Below are positions 38,414 to 52,175 of a stretch of 64,000 nucleotides of DNA, piece by piece. A program made the translations under genes and the position numbers. The DNA comes from Tricharina praecox (taxonomy: Eukaryota). The stretch is taken from NCBI RefSeq assembly GCF_024521635.1, contig NW_026250404.1:1488001-1552000 (forward strand), read 5' to 3'. Position 1 is the stretch's first letter. Each line of letters begins with the position of its first letter. Below the pieces are notes generated by a model, which was given only the letters and a program-made list of their open reading frames with translations, did not search any database and had not been told where the DNA came from.

Positions 38414-40390
38414 ATGGATACAATCCACTTCCCTCCGCGCCTCCTCGCCTCCGCCGGTCTGGCAGGAGTCCTAGTCCAGCTCCTCATCAGCCGCACGCGC
38501 GAAGTCCCCACGATGCCATTCCTGACCCTCTACGGCCTGGGCGAGATCGCCGTGGTCTCGCTGCTGCACCACCTGCTGGGCGCACACGTTTCCGTGGTCT
38601 CAGCCGCAGTGCAGATGAACGTCGTCTTCCTCACAGTCCTGGTCTCGCTTACCGTCGTCCGCCGCATGTTCTTCCACCCGCTGTGCTGCTTCCCGGGGCC
38701 GCGGATGGCCGCAGCCTCCGGCTGGTACGCCGCCTACCTCAGCAGCGAGGGCCGGCTCGGCCACGAGCTCCGCGCCCTCCACAACGAGCTCGGCGATATC
38801 GTGCGGATGGGCCCAAACGAGGTCTCGTGCATCGATGTCAACGCCCTCGGCCCCCTCTACAGCAAGAGCTTGTCACATAACAGCCGCGGCCCGTTCTATG
38901 AGATCTCTGGGCTCATCGGCGAAACTAGTCTGGTCACAGAGCGCGGCTCGAAGAAACATGCGGTCCTGAAGAGGATTTGGGATCCCGCGTTCAAGCCCGC
39001 GGCTATCAGGGAATACGAGCCGATCATCGAGAAACATGTCGCCGTGCTGGCTGAGGTGCTGGAGGGCAAGGCCGATAAGGAGGTGAACGTCGTGGAGTTT
39101 GTGAGCCATATGGGGTTCGATATGTGAGTTCTTCTTTTGCCTGTCGGTGGGAAACTCGGTGGTGGGGACTGACGTCCGAAGAATGGCCGAGCTCGGGTTC
39201 GGGAAACATTTTGGGATGCAGGATGGAACTGGCAATCCGGCATACGTGGTATGCCATCCCTCCCTTCCCCCCTCGCCTTCGTCCGATCTAACGAGCACAG
39301 AACTTCATGCACAAATTCATGAGATTCACATCCTTCTGCGGCGCACTTCCGCACCTCTGCAACTTCATCCGCTTCATGCCAAAGTCCCCGGCAGTGCGAG
39401 CGTTCCAGAAGCTAGTGGAAGACATGCTCACCGAGCGCCTCGCGAAGGGTTCCGGAAAGTCGAAGGACGTGATGGAATACCTCCTGGAGCCGGACGAGGA
39501 CACGGGCAAGCTGCTGTCGCCGGGGGAGATGTTCGCCAACGTCGTGCTTCTCATCGTCGCCGGAGCTGGTATGCACTACTTTCCCCTGCCTCGAGTGAGA
39601 AACCGAGACCCTGCTGACCCCCCCCCCCCACCCGGCAACTAGAACCGACCTCCAATGTACTCTCCTGCATGTTCCTCGAGCTCGCGCGCAACCCAGAGAT
39701 CCAAGCCAAGCTGTACGCGGAGGTGTCCGCGCACGCGCGCAATGTCGACCAGCTAAACGTCCAAAACACCAAGGGACTGAAGTACTTGCAGGCGGTGATC
39801 GACGAGACGCTGCGGCTATGGCCGCCGGGGATCCGGGGGATCCAGGCTCTAGTCGGCCCTGATGGGATGTCCGCCGCCGGAAGCTTCATCCCCCCGTACA
39901 CGGCCGTTAGGATCCCGTCCTTGGCTACGCAGACTGGTAGGCCTCCTACTCCCCCCGACCAACCGACCAACCGACCAACCGATTGACCTCTACCGGAATG
40001 TGAGCACCATTGGCTAATGCAGGTGTCGTCCAGATGACCGGTATTTCCCGCAGGGGAAGAAGTTTATTCCGGAGCGGTGGACGGAGCGGCCAGAGCTGGT
40101 GCGGGACCGGCGGGCGTTGTTTGCGTTTTCATGGTGAGCACCCCCCTCCCCCTTCCCCATCGAGTCTCGCCGTGCATTTCCACTGACCGCCACGCAACAG
40201 CGGCGAACATGCCTGCCTCGGTAAGAACTTGGGCCTAGCCGAGATCCGGCTCACGGCCGCAAAGATGGTGGAGCAGTTTGAGCTCCGGCTGGGCGAGAGT
40301 TGGGACGAGAAGAAGTTCCTGGGCGACTGGAAGGACTACTATACCGTCTCGCTGGGGAAGATTTCGTTAAAGTTTAGGCCGAGGAGGTGA
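38414..40390 (+). CDS. Cytochrome P450 monooxygenase (membrane-anchored; family not determined)
   Basis: FFHPL..FPGP, GDIVRMGPNEVS, I-helix AGAEPTS, ETLRLWPP, FIPERW, heme FSCGEHACLG; introns 39124-39181, 39249-39300, 39569-39642, 39937-40033 and 40134-40200. Confidence 0.93.
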
Positions 40391-43300
40391 GGGTGAGGTG
40401 AATTTGTACTTTTGGGGGGTTTTTGGTCTTTTTGGTATGGTTTGAATGCCTGCGACTTAGTTATCTTGAATATTGAATCTTGATGATGGTGATATTCACA
40501 CACACACACCGTTTCCATGTCCACCGTTCAATCCGACCTCGACAGTTGTGACTCCCCCTGCCCGCCGCCCTGCCTTTTCCCAAGAACACACGTAGAGCGC
40601 ACCAAGGAAATAAAGCTAGGAAAGTAAACAGTCCGCTCAGTAGGTACTCCGCCATCGGGACAGCTGCGGTCACCGTAGCTACCGTAGGTTGCTCGTTAAC
40701 TCCGCTCCATGGCCCGTGGGCAGCGGGTTCATCGGGTTCATTCGCTGCCACTGCCGGCTTGGCACATTCGGAGGGCTTTCTTGTTCTCGGGCCGGGGATG
40801 TCTGCGTGCCGGGTGGCGGGCAGCATCGAAGCCCGGTCGTGATCGCGATGCTAGCAGAGTTGTGCGTGGGGAGAGTGCGAGCTCTCTCTACATTTATATG
40901 TGTGTGTATAAAGGACGAGCGAGTGAGAGAATGAGATCATCGTATGTACCTGCTTCCACTTCCCTGTCGCCTTGTCCACAGTACAGTAGGTACAGCTTCA
41001 TTATCCAGCACTCCCCCTTCCCCCCTTGAACCTTCCCCCGCAGAGAAAATACTGCTAGGGGGTAGCTACCTGGTCCACCACCAGCACCACCACCACCACC
41101 CAGCGACGGCGCGCAATTGATCCGGCCGCAACCGCCTGAATTGGGGTAGCCCGGGGGGCTCGCAGCATAGCAGCATAGAGTAGCAGCAAGCGAAGGAGAA
41201 ATCCGTTGAACGTTTCGCCAGGACCAGCACCAGCGTTGCCGAGCATCCGAGCAGTTACTCTAGCGAGCCCTAGTTGCGTACTTTATTTTTTTCCTTTTTT
41301 CTTTGCCTTTTTCCTTTTGCCACCGCGGAAAGAACGCAGGACCCAGGACGCAGGACTCAGTCAGGAGTCAGGAGTACATCACGGACACAGACACGGATGC
41401 GGGCGCGGACACGGACACGGCGGAATACCAGGTGGGTATTAGAGTATTAGAGTATCATGATTCATCCATCGGATCGGAGGGGTGCCGGCGTCGGAAGCTT
41501 GGATTCTGCTCCACTCTAGAGTACGGTAGGTAGGAACTCTAGAGTAGAGTAGAGTACGGTAAGTTGGAATTCCCAAAGGCGGTCTGACATCTCGTGTATG
41601 TGCTCGTGTATGTATGTGCTCGCGGCGTCGTAATCGGGGGAGGGACGGAGGAACGGGGGAACGGGGTTAAGCAGGCGAGTGAGCGCCGGTGCGCTGCGTA
41701 CTGGCAAACCGTTTAGAGTGGCACTTGACTATGGAGTAAACTTTGTGCTAGGCACAGGTGGGCGAGAAAGCGAGCTCTGGACGGCTTCTATGCAGCTTGA
41801 GCCGCTTTCTCGTATATATATGCATGTACATATGCATGTATGTATGTAAGCACACAGCCCACAGTCCACTCGCCACTCGGAAGTCGGAACGGCTTTGGAA
41901 AGCGTTGGAATTAGAAGGGTTCTATGAGGGTGTCTGCAGGCTGCAGGCTGTAGTTGAGCTGAGCGGGCGGGCGGGCGATCATGGGGATTCACTCGCTCAA
42001 GCCGTTCTGCGCACACCACATCCTATCAGTGTAGACTCACACCCGTCACCAGTACTTGGGTCACAGCTTGATATGTACGGTACATTTCCTAGCACCGTGT
42101 TGCCGTAACTACCGTACCGTACCGAACGGTGCGGCGCAACTGCCTCAAGCCTTATGGTCGAATCCTTACGGACCTACGGCATGCTCCGGAGGCAAGTCCC
42201 CAGAAAGTCGTGCCAGGCGCAGATCCGTTCAACACGCCGTTATATGAAGTACGGTATATACGGTACGGTACTCGGCTGTGGTAGCGGGTGGAGCAGGAGC
42301 TACTAACTACCGGTATTATGATAGCATGCTGCTCACTATTGAACTTTCCATAGGTACGGTATTACACTCAGCAGTAGTTACTCGTGCTTACAATTCTACT
42401 AGGTATAACTAGAGCGGATGGGATGGCATGATACGACGATGCGTGGGTACGTATGCATAAAATTTCTCCTGGAACCAACTACCGCACCCACCCACCCTGT
42501 CTACTCTAACTATCTCAACTTACCTCACCGTACAACAGTTTCGTTCGTAATCCCTGGTGATGACTACCTACCTGGTAGTTATCTACCTAGCTCATCGAGC
42601 GGCGGCCGAGCTATCCATCGGACATGTCAATGTTCACATCCTTGCGCATATTGCGCATATTGCGCATATGTATGCCCGCGTTTTTGTATAGGGAGGGAGG
42701 GACTGAGGTTTTGCCGAGTGCCGCAGCCGCAGCCGGGGCCAGTGCCGGAGCCGGGGGCATACTTCACACTTTGGACCGCCGAGTGCTCGAGAATTCAAGC
42801 AATCCTCCAGTTGGGCTAGGCTGGGGCGTCGAACGGTCGTCGAAGAAGCACTCGGGGGAGTATTTACGGCGCTAGTGCAGCGTTCCCGGGGGGGGGGGGG
42901 GGAAACCGTGACCTGTAGTTAGCGGACTCCGGCGCTTCTCGAGATCCGTATGTAACAGCAGATGACGAGTTCAACGTACGGATTTTCTACGCATCTACTA
43001 AGTAGTAGTGTAGTCAGCGTCTCGCTTCGCCGCGAGAGAGAGAGAGAGAGAGCTCTGAGCGCTTGCGGGAGAGGACTTCCGGCTGCGTCTGCGTTTCCAA
43101 ATTCCGGGGCGATGAAGGGTGAGGCTTCTACTCTATGTAACTACTAGGGACGCATTGCCCGGTGGAAGAAACTCACGCAAAAGTGATGATTGAATATCAT
43201 ATATCATCCGCACCCCGTGGAGTCTGAGAGTGACTCCTAAAGTAAAGAATAAGAGTAACAGATTAAGCATGCTGGCGAGGCGAGGATTTTGACGGTGAAG

Positions 43301-46300
43301 CTTTTGAGTCGTGTGTCGTGTGTCGTGTGTCGTGTATATACTCGGTACATATGAGTCGTCGTCGTCGTCTTCGTGATGGATGGTATTCAACACCCGGCCA
43401 GGCACTACCTAGTAAATACATGCATAAAACGGATAAGCAATCGGATGTGCAGACATTTATCCAGAGAGCCCCCCGCCCCTCCCGGCGGTCGGAGTTATCT
43501 CGAGTCTCCGGTTCGATTCGACAGCAATAACAATGAGCACAGCGACCTAGGTTCCTATGATAGGACACGCAGAAGATGTCTTCGCTACCTACTCTAGTGG
43601 CGTGTTGTGATATCTCACTCGTTGCTTAGTTGTTTACGCGGTCATGACGTCGGGAAGCACTGCCGCCTACCACCCCTCTTTTATGTCTTCTCTCACGGCT
43701 TTCAGACTCTCAACATTACAATACTTGTTCACACATTCCAACATGACCGTCCGCTGACTGGACGAGTCGCCAGCTGTGAAGCTGACTGTTGAGGTTGAGG
43801 CACCAAGGGTTCCGGCGTAGTTATCCGGTCACATACTTTCGGCAATACCTACTCTAATCACGCCGGGCCGAGAGTACTAGTAATCAAAAAAGATGGTTGA
43901 CGTACGGTCACCGGCGGTGATCCTTCACACCGGTACCCGCCGCCGCCGTTGTTACCTAGGTGCAAGGTAGCTATTAAGCATTTGAAATCCATCCCAGGTA
44001 CCTACCGGTATGCAAGTCTGCACGTCTGTATGTGTGTACCTGGTCCACCCCCACCCACCCACCCACCCACCACGGACGGCAGCATTATCTCCGATGGTCA
44101 TATTTTACATACGGCCGGACCGCGCGAGTGAGTGAGTAACCAGCCGTTCGGCAAAAGTCCCTTTACGTCCAAATGTGTTCTTACGAACCCACGCTCAAGC
44201 TCAGCTCGGCCAAAAACGCTCAGCTCGCACAGCACCGGTCTTTATGTACTTACATACTCTACATACACATATGCAATCTCGCCTCGCCCCGCCTCGCCTC
44301 GCGTCGTCGTCGTCGTCCTCGTTGTCGGCGGCGTCGGCACAGTCTGCGCTGCGCTGGGCATCTATCTATGCTTAAGTTAAGTTTTCGCTGCGCGTGCGTG
44401 CATGCATGCATGTACCTATGTGCATGGAGTTAGTTGCGCCGAGTGGGGGAGGTGTCAGGACTGAGTATGCTGGAGTCTGGCGAGGCTGAAGACTCTGGGT
44501 GGACGGGGTGGGCGGGTTCGGGAGCATCTGCTGCCGGTGACTCCGCTGATGGGCGATTTGGAATGGATGGATGGATGGTCACCGGGAGACTACCTACTAG
44601 TACCGGGAGGTGCCGTACGGTAGAGTAGAGTACATGGCGAAGAGCTCGCGATCACAGCTATGGATGTAACTATGAGTAACTGAGGCCCGCGCTGCGTATG
44701 GAGTCACTCGAGTCACTCGAGTCACGGCGAGCCCCAGCTTCCAAGCTCAACTTCCAAGCTCCACTCCCAAGCTCCACTTCCAAGCATGCAAGGCCCCCCT
44801 CGCGAGTCGCGATGGTGAGTGGGTGAGTATGCGGGTGATGAGAGCTGAGTCGGCGTGGTAGGGCATCGCATCGTTCGCGGGTTCTCGTATGTACTCTACA
44901 CATGAGGTATGAGGTATGTACAGTGTGTGTACAGTGTGTGTACAGTGTATGTACAGTACCTACTCCATCAGCGCCGAGTGACCAGAGCGGACACGAGCGG
45001 ACACTTCGGGCAAGCCAAGCGGGCAGACAGACAGGCAGCAGACAGACAGGCAAGGCAGGCAGGCAAGAACAGTCGAGGAAGAAAGCTTAGCACCGGCGAG
45101 TCAGCAGCCGATCCAGTGATCCACACTGTAGTTACTGCTCCAGGCCTCCAGCGCCGAGCGAGCCCAGACAGAAATGAGTGATAGACACTACGCACATCCA
45201 CCTCCACCTCTCACATAGGCGAGCTGCCCTTTTTCTCCGCCCTCGCCCCTCCCCTCCCCCTCGCCCCTCCCCCTCGCCCCTCCCCCCCTCGCCGATACGC
45301 GCCTCAACAGTCGAGAGTCTCGAGACGAGGGGGGTGAGGATGATGATGAAGTGGTGTGCCCCCCGAGCGAGTGTGTGTCAAGTTATGCTTATCCACAATC
45401 CCTTCGTGTGCGTCCGCCACCCACCTCACCACACCTCACACAGCTCACCCACCTCACCACACCTAGAGTACCTCACCTCACCTCACTTCCACCAACCAAC
45501 CATCGTCTGTTGTCTGGCAACGGACGGACGAAACAAAACTAACACCCTGCAGCAAAAAAAAAAGATATTTGGAAGAAAAAGGAAAGAAAAGCATGTGAGG
45601 AAGGAAAAAGAAAAAAAGAAGCTGTGGTCCATGCTTATCACCCACACCCACACCCACACCCACACACCCGACACATCGAGCGAGCGAATACGGTACGGTG
45701 CTCGCCAAACACAAATCCCATCCTTCCTTAGAGAGGCAGGGAAGGGTGCTGAGAGGCAGGGAGGTAAAGAGGCAGAGGCAGTTTTGGTTTGGGGGGGCTT
45801 GCTTAGATGCTGCTTACATACCGGCGGGAAACGTAGGCCTATGCTGCCGTAACTATGCTGCCGTATGCTGCCGTAAGTACGTGCTACGGTGCAGTAGAAC
45901 AGAGTAGAATCCCCAGTCTTCATTCGGATTGAGCTCTGAGTAGTGAGCAGTGAGCACTGAGGAAGCTACCCCAACTTCCCAAGCTCAGTCGGTCGGTCCA
46001 GTCACCTGCAGGGCTGAGGGATCGGAACTCTGAATCCACGACTGGGGATGTCTCTCTGTACCTTCCAACCGTTGCAAGTACTACGTCTTCGAATCCGGCC
46101 AACATGCGCTGCTGCTGCTACTACTAAGAAGTCGAATCCGATCTCCATCTCGCGTCGTCCCTCAAGTTTAAACCAGCCAGAGACAGAATAGATGATTCGT
46201 GGAACAGCCGTGGAAACATCCCCCCATGGGCGTACAACGTGGTTGGTTGTGATCTTTCGTAGATATCATCTTCTTGTAGATCGGCCCATGGTTCATCCAA

Positions 46301-47586
46301 ATCCAACAAGCCGTAGCTACCAGTAGTTACCAGTACCGGTAGATGTTTGGATAGTTAGCAGCGAGTCCCTGAGGCTGATGATGGAATCATGGAATATGCT
46401 ACTTGAGTACTGACGGCCCGGGCATTGCGGTATTCCAGCGTCGTATGTAAGTGATGTGAAGATGAGCAAGCAAGCAGCAGCTGCCGTCGTAGTCGTCGCC
46501 GTCGATGTATGATACATGCCCGCAGCGGAGACGAGCCCGAGCCCGAGCCACGTGGTACGGACTCCGCCTCGCCCCGGTACCTACTAGACCTGGGTCGGGC
46601 ATATACGTTGTCCGCGACTCCGTGTAACCAGCCGGCTCCCGAGTGGCCGAGTCCCCACAGCCATCGCACGAGAGCTTGAGCCTAACTTCCTACATATGCT
46701 ACCGGTAGTTACCTCAGACCTGCCCAGTACATACGTCGAAAATAGTGATGGTGCCTGCACGCACGACTGTTGAACTCGTACTGTCGTACATACATCGGCA
46801 ACAGAATTAGAGTAGAGTAAAGTAGTAATAATCGAGTTGCGATCTCCATGCTCGCCAGCGGCCACACCGGCTGAGAACCTTATGTAGGTTATGTAGGTTA
46901 TGTAGTGCGCATTCCTCGCGTAGCACGTACATTTAAGAGTAAACACGATTAATTCCATGCCCCCCGCCCCACCACCCACCATCACCGTCCAGCCAGCCAG
47001 TCCTCCTAGAGTAAATCAAAGAAGAAAAAAGGAAACAAAAAAACAGCATAAAAATAAAACGCCATGTGTACCAAGCCCACCGGAGAGACAAGAGGAGAAG
47101 AACGACACCAGAGCAAAGACAAGGGGAAAAGGAAAGGAAAGGAAAAAAAAGCCAAAAGCCAACGGCCACCCCATGACAAAGGAAAAACGCAACAGGACCT
47201 CAAAGGACACCGCCCATATGACAGAGATGGTACAAAGGAAAGGGGAAAAAAATAATGATGCGACGATGCTGAAAAAATAAAGGGAAAAAATAAAAAATAA
47301 AGAAAAGTAAAAGAGGAAAAAAATATAGAACCCCCACAGAGAAAGACCCCGAAGCTTTTGGTGGCAGAGAAACCCTTCCCGCTTCGCCCAGATCGCCCAA
47401 TGACACCCCGACACCAATCTATCCCACCTCCCTAGAAGTAATCAAACACGAACTTAGAATGAATAGAAAAACCAATACCCGGGTCGGCGCTGGAGAACGT
47501 CAAGTCGCGGTCTAATAGCTGTCCCCCACACGAGAAAAAAGTAAAGATAACGGTGTGGTCCCTCGTCGATCGATTGATTGCTTGTT

Positions 47587-48883
47587 TTATGCCGCAAACG
47601 CCCGATCCAGTACTCGCAGCGCTCGCATATCCTCTCCGAAGCCCAACTTTTCGGTCGGAATGTCCTGAACTTCCAGACTCAGGCGTGCCGCGTCCAGCTC
47701 CATGGGAGAAGGACTGCTCCTCAACGGCGTGACTTCCCACATGGGTCCGTCACGCGGGGGGCTCTTCGACTGGATGCTGTTCGCCGGTGAAGCATATCTC
47801 TCGTCGGGCGCGACCTTGTACTGCTGGGACGCGTTCTGCGACGGATTGGGAGGAGGTAATGCTACCGGAGGTGTCGAACGCTGCACCGGCGTGGCGCCAG
47901 GTGATTTGTTCTGGATGTTCTGAATGGACATTACCGGAGATCCAACGGAGCCGCGGTGGTGGTGTAAGGGGGGCTGCGACGTCAGTCCCTCGAGTTGCGG
48001 CAACGAAGGTCGGTTGTCGTACAGCCTCGGCGATCCGCCACCGGACTGGTTCAGAGGAGCCGACGGGAATGGCGGTGGGTTGTACGACATCGGCGAGGAT
48101 GTCGCGCTGTTTCCCGGCGGCGGCGGTAGTGAGTGTTGCAAGCCGTAGTGGGGAACCTGGATACTGGTCGGAGGCGTGGCGATGGGACTGGGCGGCCAGC
48201 CATATGTGTTGGGAACCTGAGCGTAGCTTGCGGGGTGAGTGGCGCCTTGTCGGGCGTAGCCATGCATGGGCGAGTGATGCGGCATAGGTGTGATCATGGG
48301 CGCGCGAGTGACGACCGGTACGTTCTGTTGTTCGTGAACGGTGGATTCCGGATACATGCCTTTGACGGGCCGAATGTGTTTCAGAGCGCTGTCGTGCGAA
48401 GGTTGGATGAGGTTCTGAGAGGATGGGTGCGACCGAGCGTAGTAGCTGATAAGGTGTAGCTTTTGGTGGGTAGCAGTCGTAATCGAGAAAGACTGCTTCA
48501 TTAGACCGTCCGGCTTGTAACGATACCCGTCCGGTCCATCCCCATCCATCCCGTCAGAGTCGCTGCCGTCCGGATTCGGAGACTTTCCACCGCGACTCAT
48601 CGTGGGAGGAGCGAAAACGTTACCCCCCGCCTCTCTTCCCCTCCATCTCTCGATACGTCAGAAAGCTACCCGACACCCGACTCGCGCTCCACGACTTCCC
48701 GTCGGTCCACCTCCGCATTCCGGCTTCTCGCTCGTCCCACACAAACACGCTCCCCGACTTGATGTTCTGTCGCTCCTTCTCCGAGAGCCGTCGCTGCACT
48801 CGCGGTAGCAATCCGAGGCGGCAGGCTTCAAACAGTATTATCGCATCAGCTGGCGTGCGGACGTGGCCGTGATACGTTTCCAT
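47587..48883 (-). CDS. PAC2: Gti1/Pac2 (WOPR) family transcription factor, Pac2 type; split by an apparent +1 frameshift at 48623-48628
   Basis: WOPRa METYHGHVRTPADAIILFEACR...SGSVFVWDEREAGMRRWTDGKSWSASRVSGSFLTYRE (48620-48883); WOPRb YKPDGLMKQSFSI...HLISYY plus a P/S/Q-rich tail ending EDMRALRVLDRAF (47587-48600). Confidence 0.9.
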
Positions 48884-49667
48884 GGCTAGTGCGGAGGGGA
48901 TCGGCGGGTGCCTGGGCGGCTACGAGGTTACGGACGATGTTGGAGTGGAGATGGGAGGAGCGGGAGAAGGAGGAGGAGAAGTAGGGTGCGGGGCGGAGCA
49001 ATGGGCGAACTGCTTTTCGATATCAACGCATTCAGCGAATGGCTGTGGGGAGCGATGGGTTGGATAGGTTGGGTTGGGTTGGGTTGGGAGAGGGGCGTGT
49101 TCCGTGGCGGGAGCAGAGTGGTGGTTGTTGCGGTTGCGGTGGCGTAGCTGAGGACGATCAGTCAGTTGAGACGAGAACCAGCGAGGATGACACACAAGGA
49201 CCGGGCAGGAATGAGTACAGTTTGGCAGTTGTCGAAGTTGGGGGGAGAATCGCAAGGCGGAGAGCGACGATGATGACGGTGCGCGACAACCACTGATAGC
49301 TTTTTTGCTTTTCTTTGTTGTTGTTTGTTCAAAGGCAGGTCGGAGGAGGAAGACGAGGCGGTCCGGAGTCTGGAGTCTTGTTGTATGGACTGACTGGGTA
49401 CAGACAGACTATTATTTTTTTGAGCGCAGATGACGGAGTTCGACGATGGGTATTGCGGAGCCGTGAACGAACGACCGGGGGGTGGAGGGGGGCTGAAGAA
49501 AGCGCGAATAACGTCGCCGAGCGGAAGGAGAGGAATGGAAAGGAAGAAATGTCTTGGGACTAGATTCTGGAGGAGGGGATCGAAGTGTTTAAAAGACGCG
49601 GGCTCAGTCAACTACTGGTGGGGATCCTAAGAACACCGAAGAGGACTGGGGGGACGAGGACCGGGGA

Positions 49668-49686
49668 GGGGGGGGGGGGGGGGGGG
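49668..49686. repeat. G19 homopolymer in the presumed Pac2 core promoter
   Basis: Read directly; adjacent to CATAAA on the minus strand. Confidence 0.85.
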
Positions 49687-52175
49687 TTTATGGCTTTGTG
49701 ATTTGTCTTGCGTGCGCTACCTCTTCCTAACTACGCAACCTACCTCCTGTATGTACCAGGAGCTGCCAATAAGTGGTGCCTCACCACCATTACGAATTAT
49801 AAGCGCAAATAAGCACTAGTCTATATTAAGAGAACGCTAAGCCCGATACAGTAGCATGAGTGAGTGGCTGTGACTAGGCTGTTATGGGGAAAACGCTAAG
49901 CTGTATGGGGGAAAAACTGGTGAGGCAGCACTTACCCTTACACCCGAGTACCTCTTACTAACAGCTGGTGAGCGAGGATTGGACGGCGCCTACTTGCTCT
50001 TGCATTTAGGTATTCTTCATATCTTCATATCTCCGGCAAGACACATGGCCTCCTCCTCCTTATTCGCTTTCCTCATTCGCCTCATCGTCCTCTCGCTGAA
50101 CTTTGCATATATAGATATTGAATTCTATTCAGGATCCCTAGAGGTGCTAGGTATCTCCCTTTTTTCGCATGCTTGTTCAGTCAGGTAGGTTATTTGTACC
50201 TGATGACAAAAACCATCTCGGATCTCTTGCCGCTCAATAGGTAGTGATCGAAGCGTAAAGGCCATGGCTACACCGTCTATCGGGCCATCTATCCCGCTGT
50301 ATAGTACGAACGATGAGCCAAACACAAGGAAGGTCCCGGACTTGGTTCGTCCTGACTGCCGCGCCCTCTGGAGGTGGATGTGAATGTAAAATCGCACAGC
50401 AAACCGTCTCGGCAGCTCGGCCAGCGTCCGCGTGCAGTGCCAGTTCCGTCGAGATGGTGTTCTGGGCCGGATGAATGTGCTAATCCGAAGGAGTGAGAAC
50501 GACACACACGACGAGGGACATACCTTCTAGGAACGGTCAAACGGACGGGTCCACGACTCCACCGCTTTGTTGTGGTACGGACAGATGCAAATGTGCTTCA
50601 AAAACTCCCCAAGAAGTTATCCATTGCCTAGGTGAGTGCGTATGTGCCGATCCATGGCCAAGGTAAGGTGGCCGTGTCAGTAGACTGTAGGTACCTATCC
50701 ACCAACCCAACCCAACGGAAGCGTGGAATCCGTCGTTCAAGCGACATGAACTCACCGCAGCACCCTCCCCAGCCAATATTCCTCTGCCGAGCACATGATG
50801 GTTAAAAAACATTGGAGGCCCAGATGCTTGGTTGGTGCTGAGTTTGGGTATGTGTTCAATAGTTGGGCCACCACATGCGGTAAAACGGTGGCTCCGCGCG
50901 GTAATCGACGTAGAGTGCTATATACGGGTAGTAGGTATCAGGTAGTAGAGTGAAGGTTACTTACTTGGTTACCTTAACGGGCCTGGCCCGACCATAATAG
51001 ATACCGAGTATGGCGAGCGGAATCCGAGAAACGTGAGTTGAAGGCAGATGCCAGTAGCCGCCACTCATGGTTTTTGGACGCAGCGTCCGGATAGAGTGCA
51101 TACGAGAATCGACACTGTGGAGCTCAAGCAACCATTGGTGACTAGATGGCATCACTCGAAATTCGGGTCTTCAGAGGTTCCGTTATTTCCGGCCCATCTT
51201 TTTTTCCTTTTTTTTTCCTTTTTCTTTTTTTCTTTTATTTTCTTTCCGCACCGACCGTTCGGTCACCCGCCGCGCCGCGCTCCAGCTCGTCTCGAGGTCG
51301 ATCAACCTTCAACCTTCAACCTTCAGCCCCAAAGCTTCCCTCGACCTCAAGCAAACCCGCGCCGCCCCACAAATCCCAAATCCCAAATCCCAAATCTCCG
51401 CTGCAGAGTTCCACTCACCTAAAACCCCGAGCCATCACCCAAAATCGACACCCACCGCCCACCACCCACCCACAGCAGACTTCGAGCACCTCGCTCGCTC
51501 GCTTTTCCGAGCCACAGCGTGACAAATTAAGGCTACCCCCACCCGAATGTCGACGATGACAGACGGCCGCTTGATGATGGGCAACCCCAGCCGAGAGACA
51601 GCTTACATACACACCTACATGGTCTCCTACTCATCTATGACACCACGTATATCGGAGCCCCGAAGTTTCCGGTAGCTTACATACATACATACTATACTGT
51701 TTCATCGGATCCTCAAGCCTCCATGGGCATCCAAGGACATCCAAGGACATACCCGACCCGGATACTGGGTAGTAGGTACTGGTACTTACGGTACTCTAAT
51801 CCTTGGGCCTGCGTCCCCGGACCCCCCTCGAAGCCGTAAATCGGCCGGACAGCCGATAATAAGTATTAGGACGGCCGCCACGGCCGCCGCGAGTAGCAGT
51901 CCACGGTTACTATATCCCAGTATCCTTCCCCAGCGTCCACTGCCCGTGCCCGACGGGTGGGCGGGCACGGGACCGCTGAATCAGCTGGAACAGCATCCTA
52001 ACTACAGTATATACGCTTCACTGGTCCGCTCGGACAAAATTCCCCTCAGGCTGCAATACCTACATGTATACCTGCCGTGAAAGTCTAGATAAGCCCGAGA
52101 GGCATCACCATATCGCTTGTCCACTTGACCTGTGCGTAGTTGGTTACTTCTATATGTACTTGCTCAAGGTTACAT

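Noticed and set aside
48595..48623. Tiny intron GTAACG...ATGAG that would repair the Pac2 frame
   Set aside because: Only about 28 nt, with a GAG acceptor and no branch site; other introns here are 51 nt or longer.
38414..48883. Secondary-metabolite cluster (P450 plus transcription factor)
   Set aside because: No PKS, NRPS, terpene synthase or transporter nearby; Pac2 is a global regulator.
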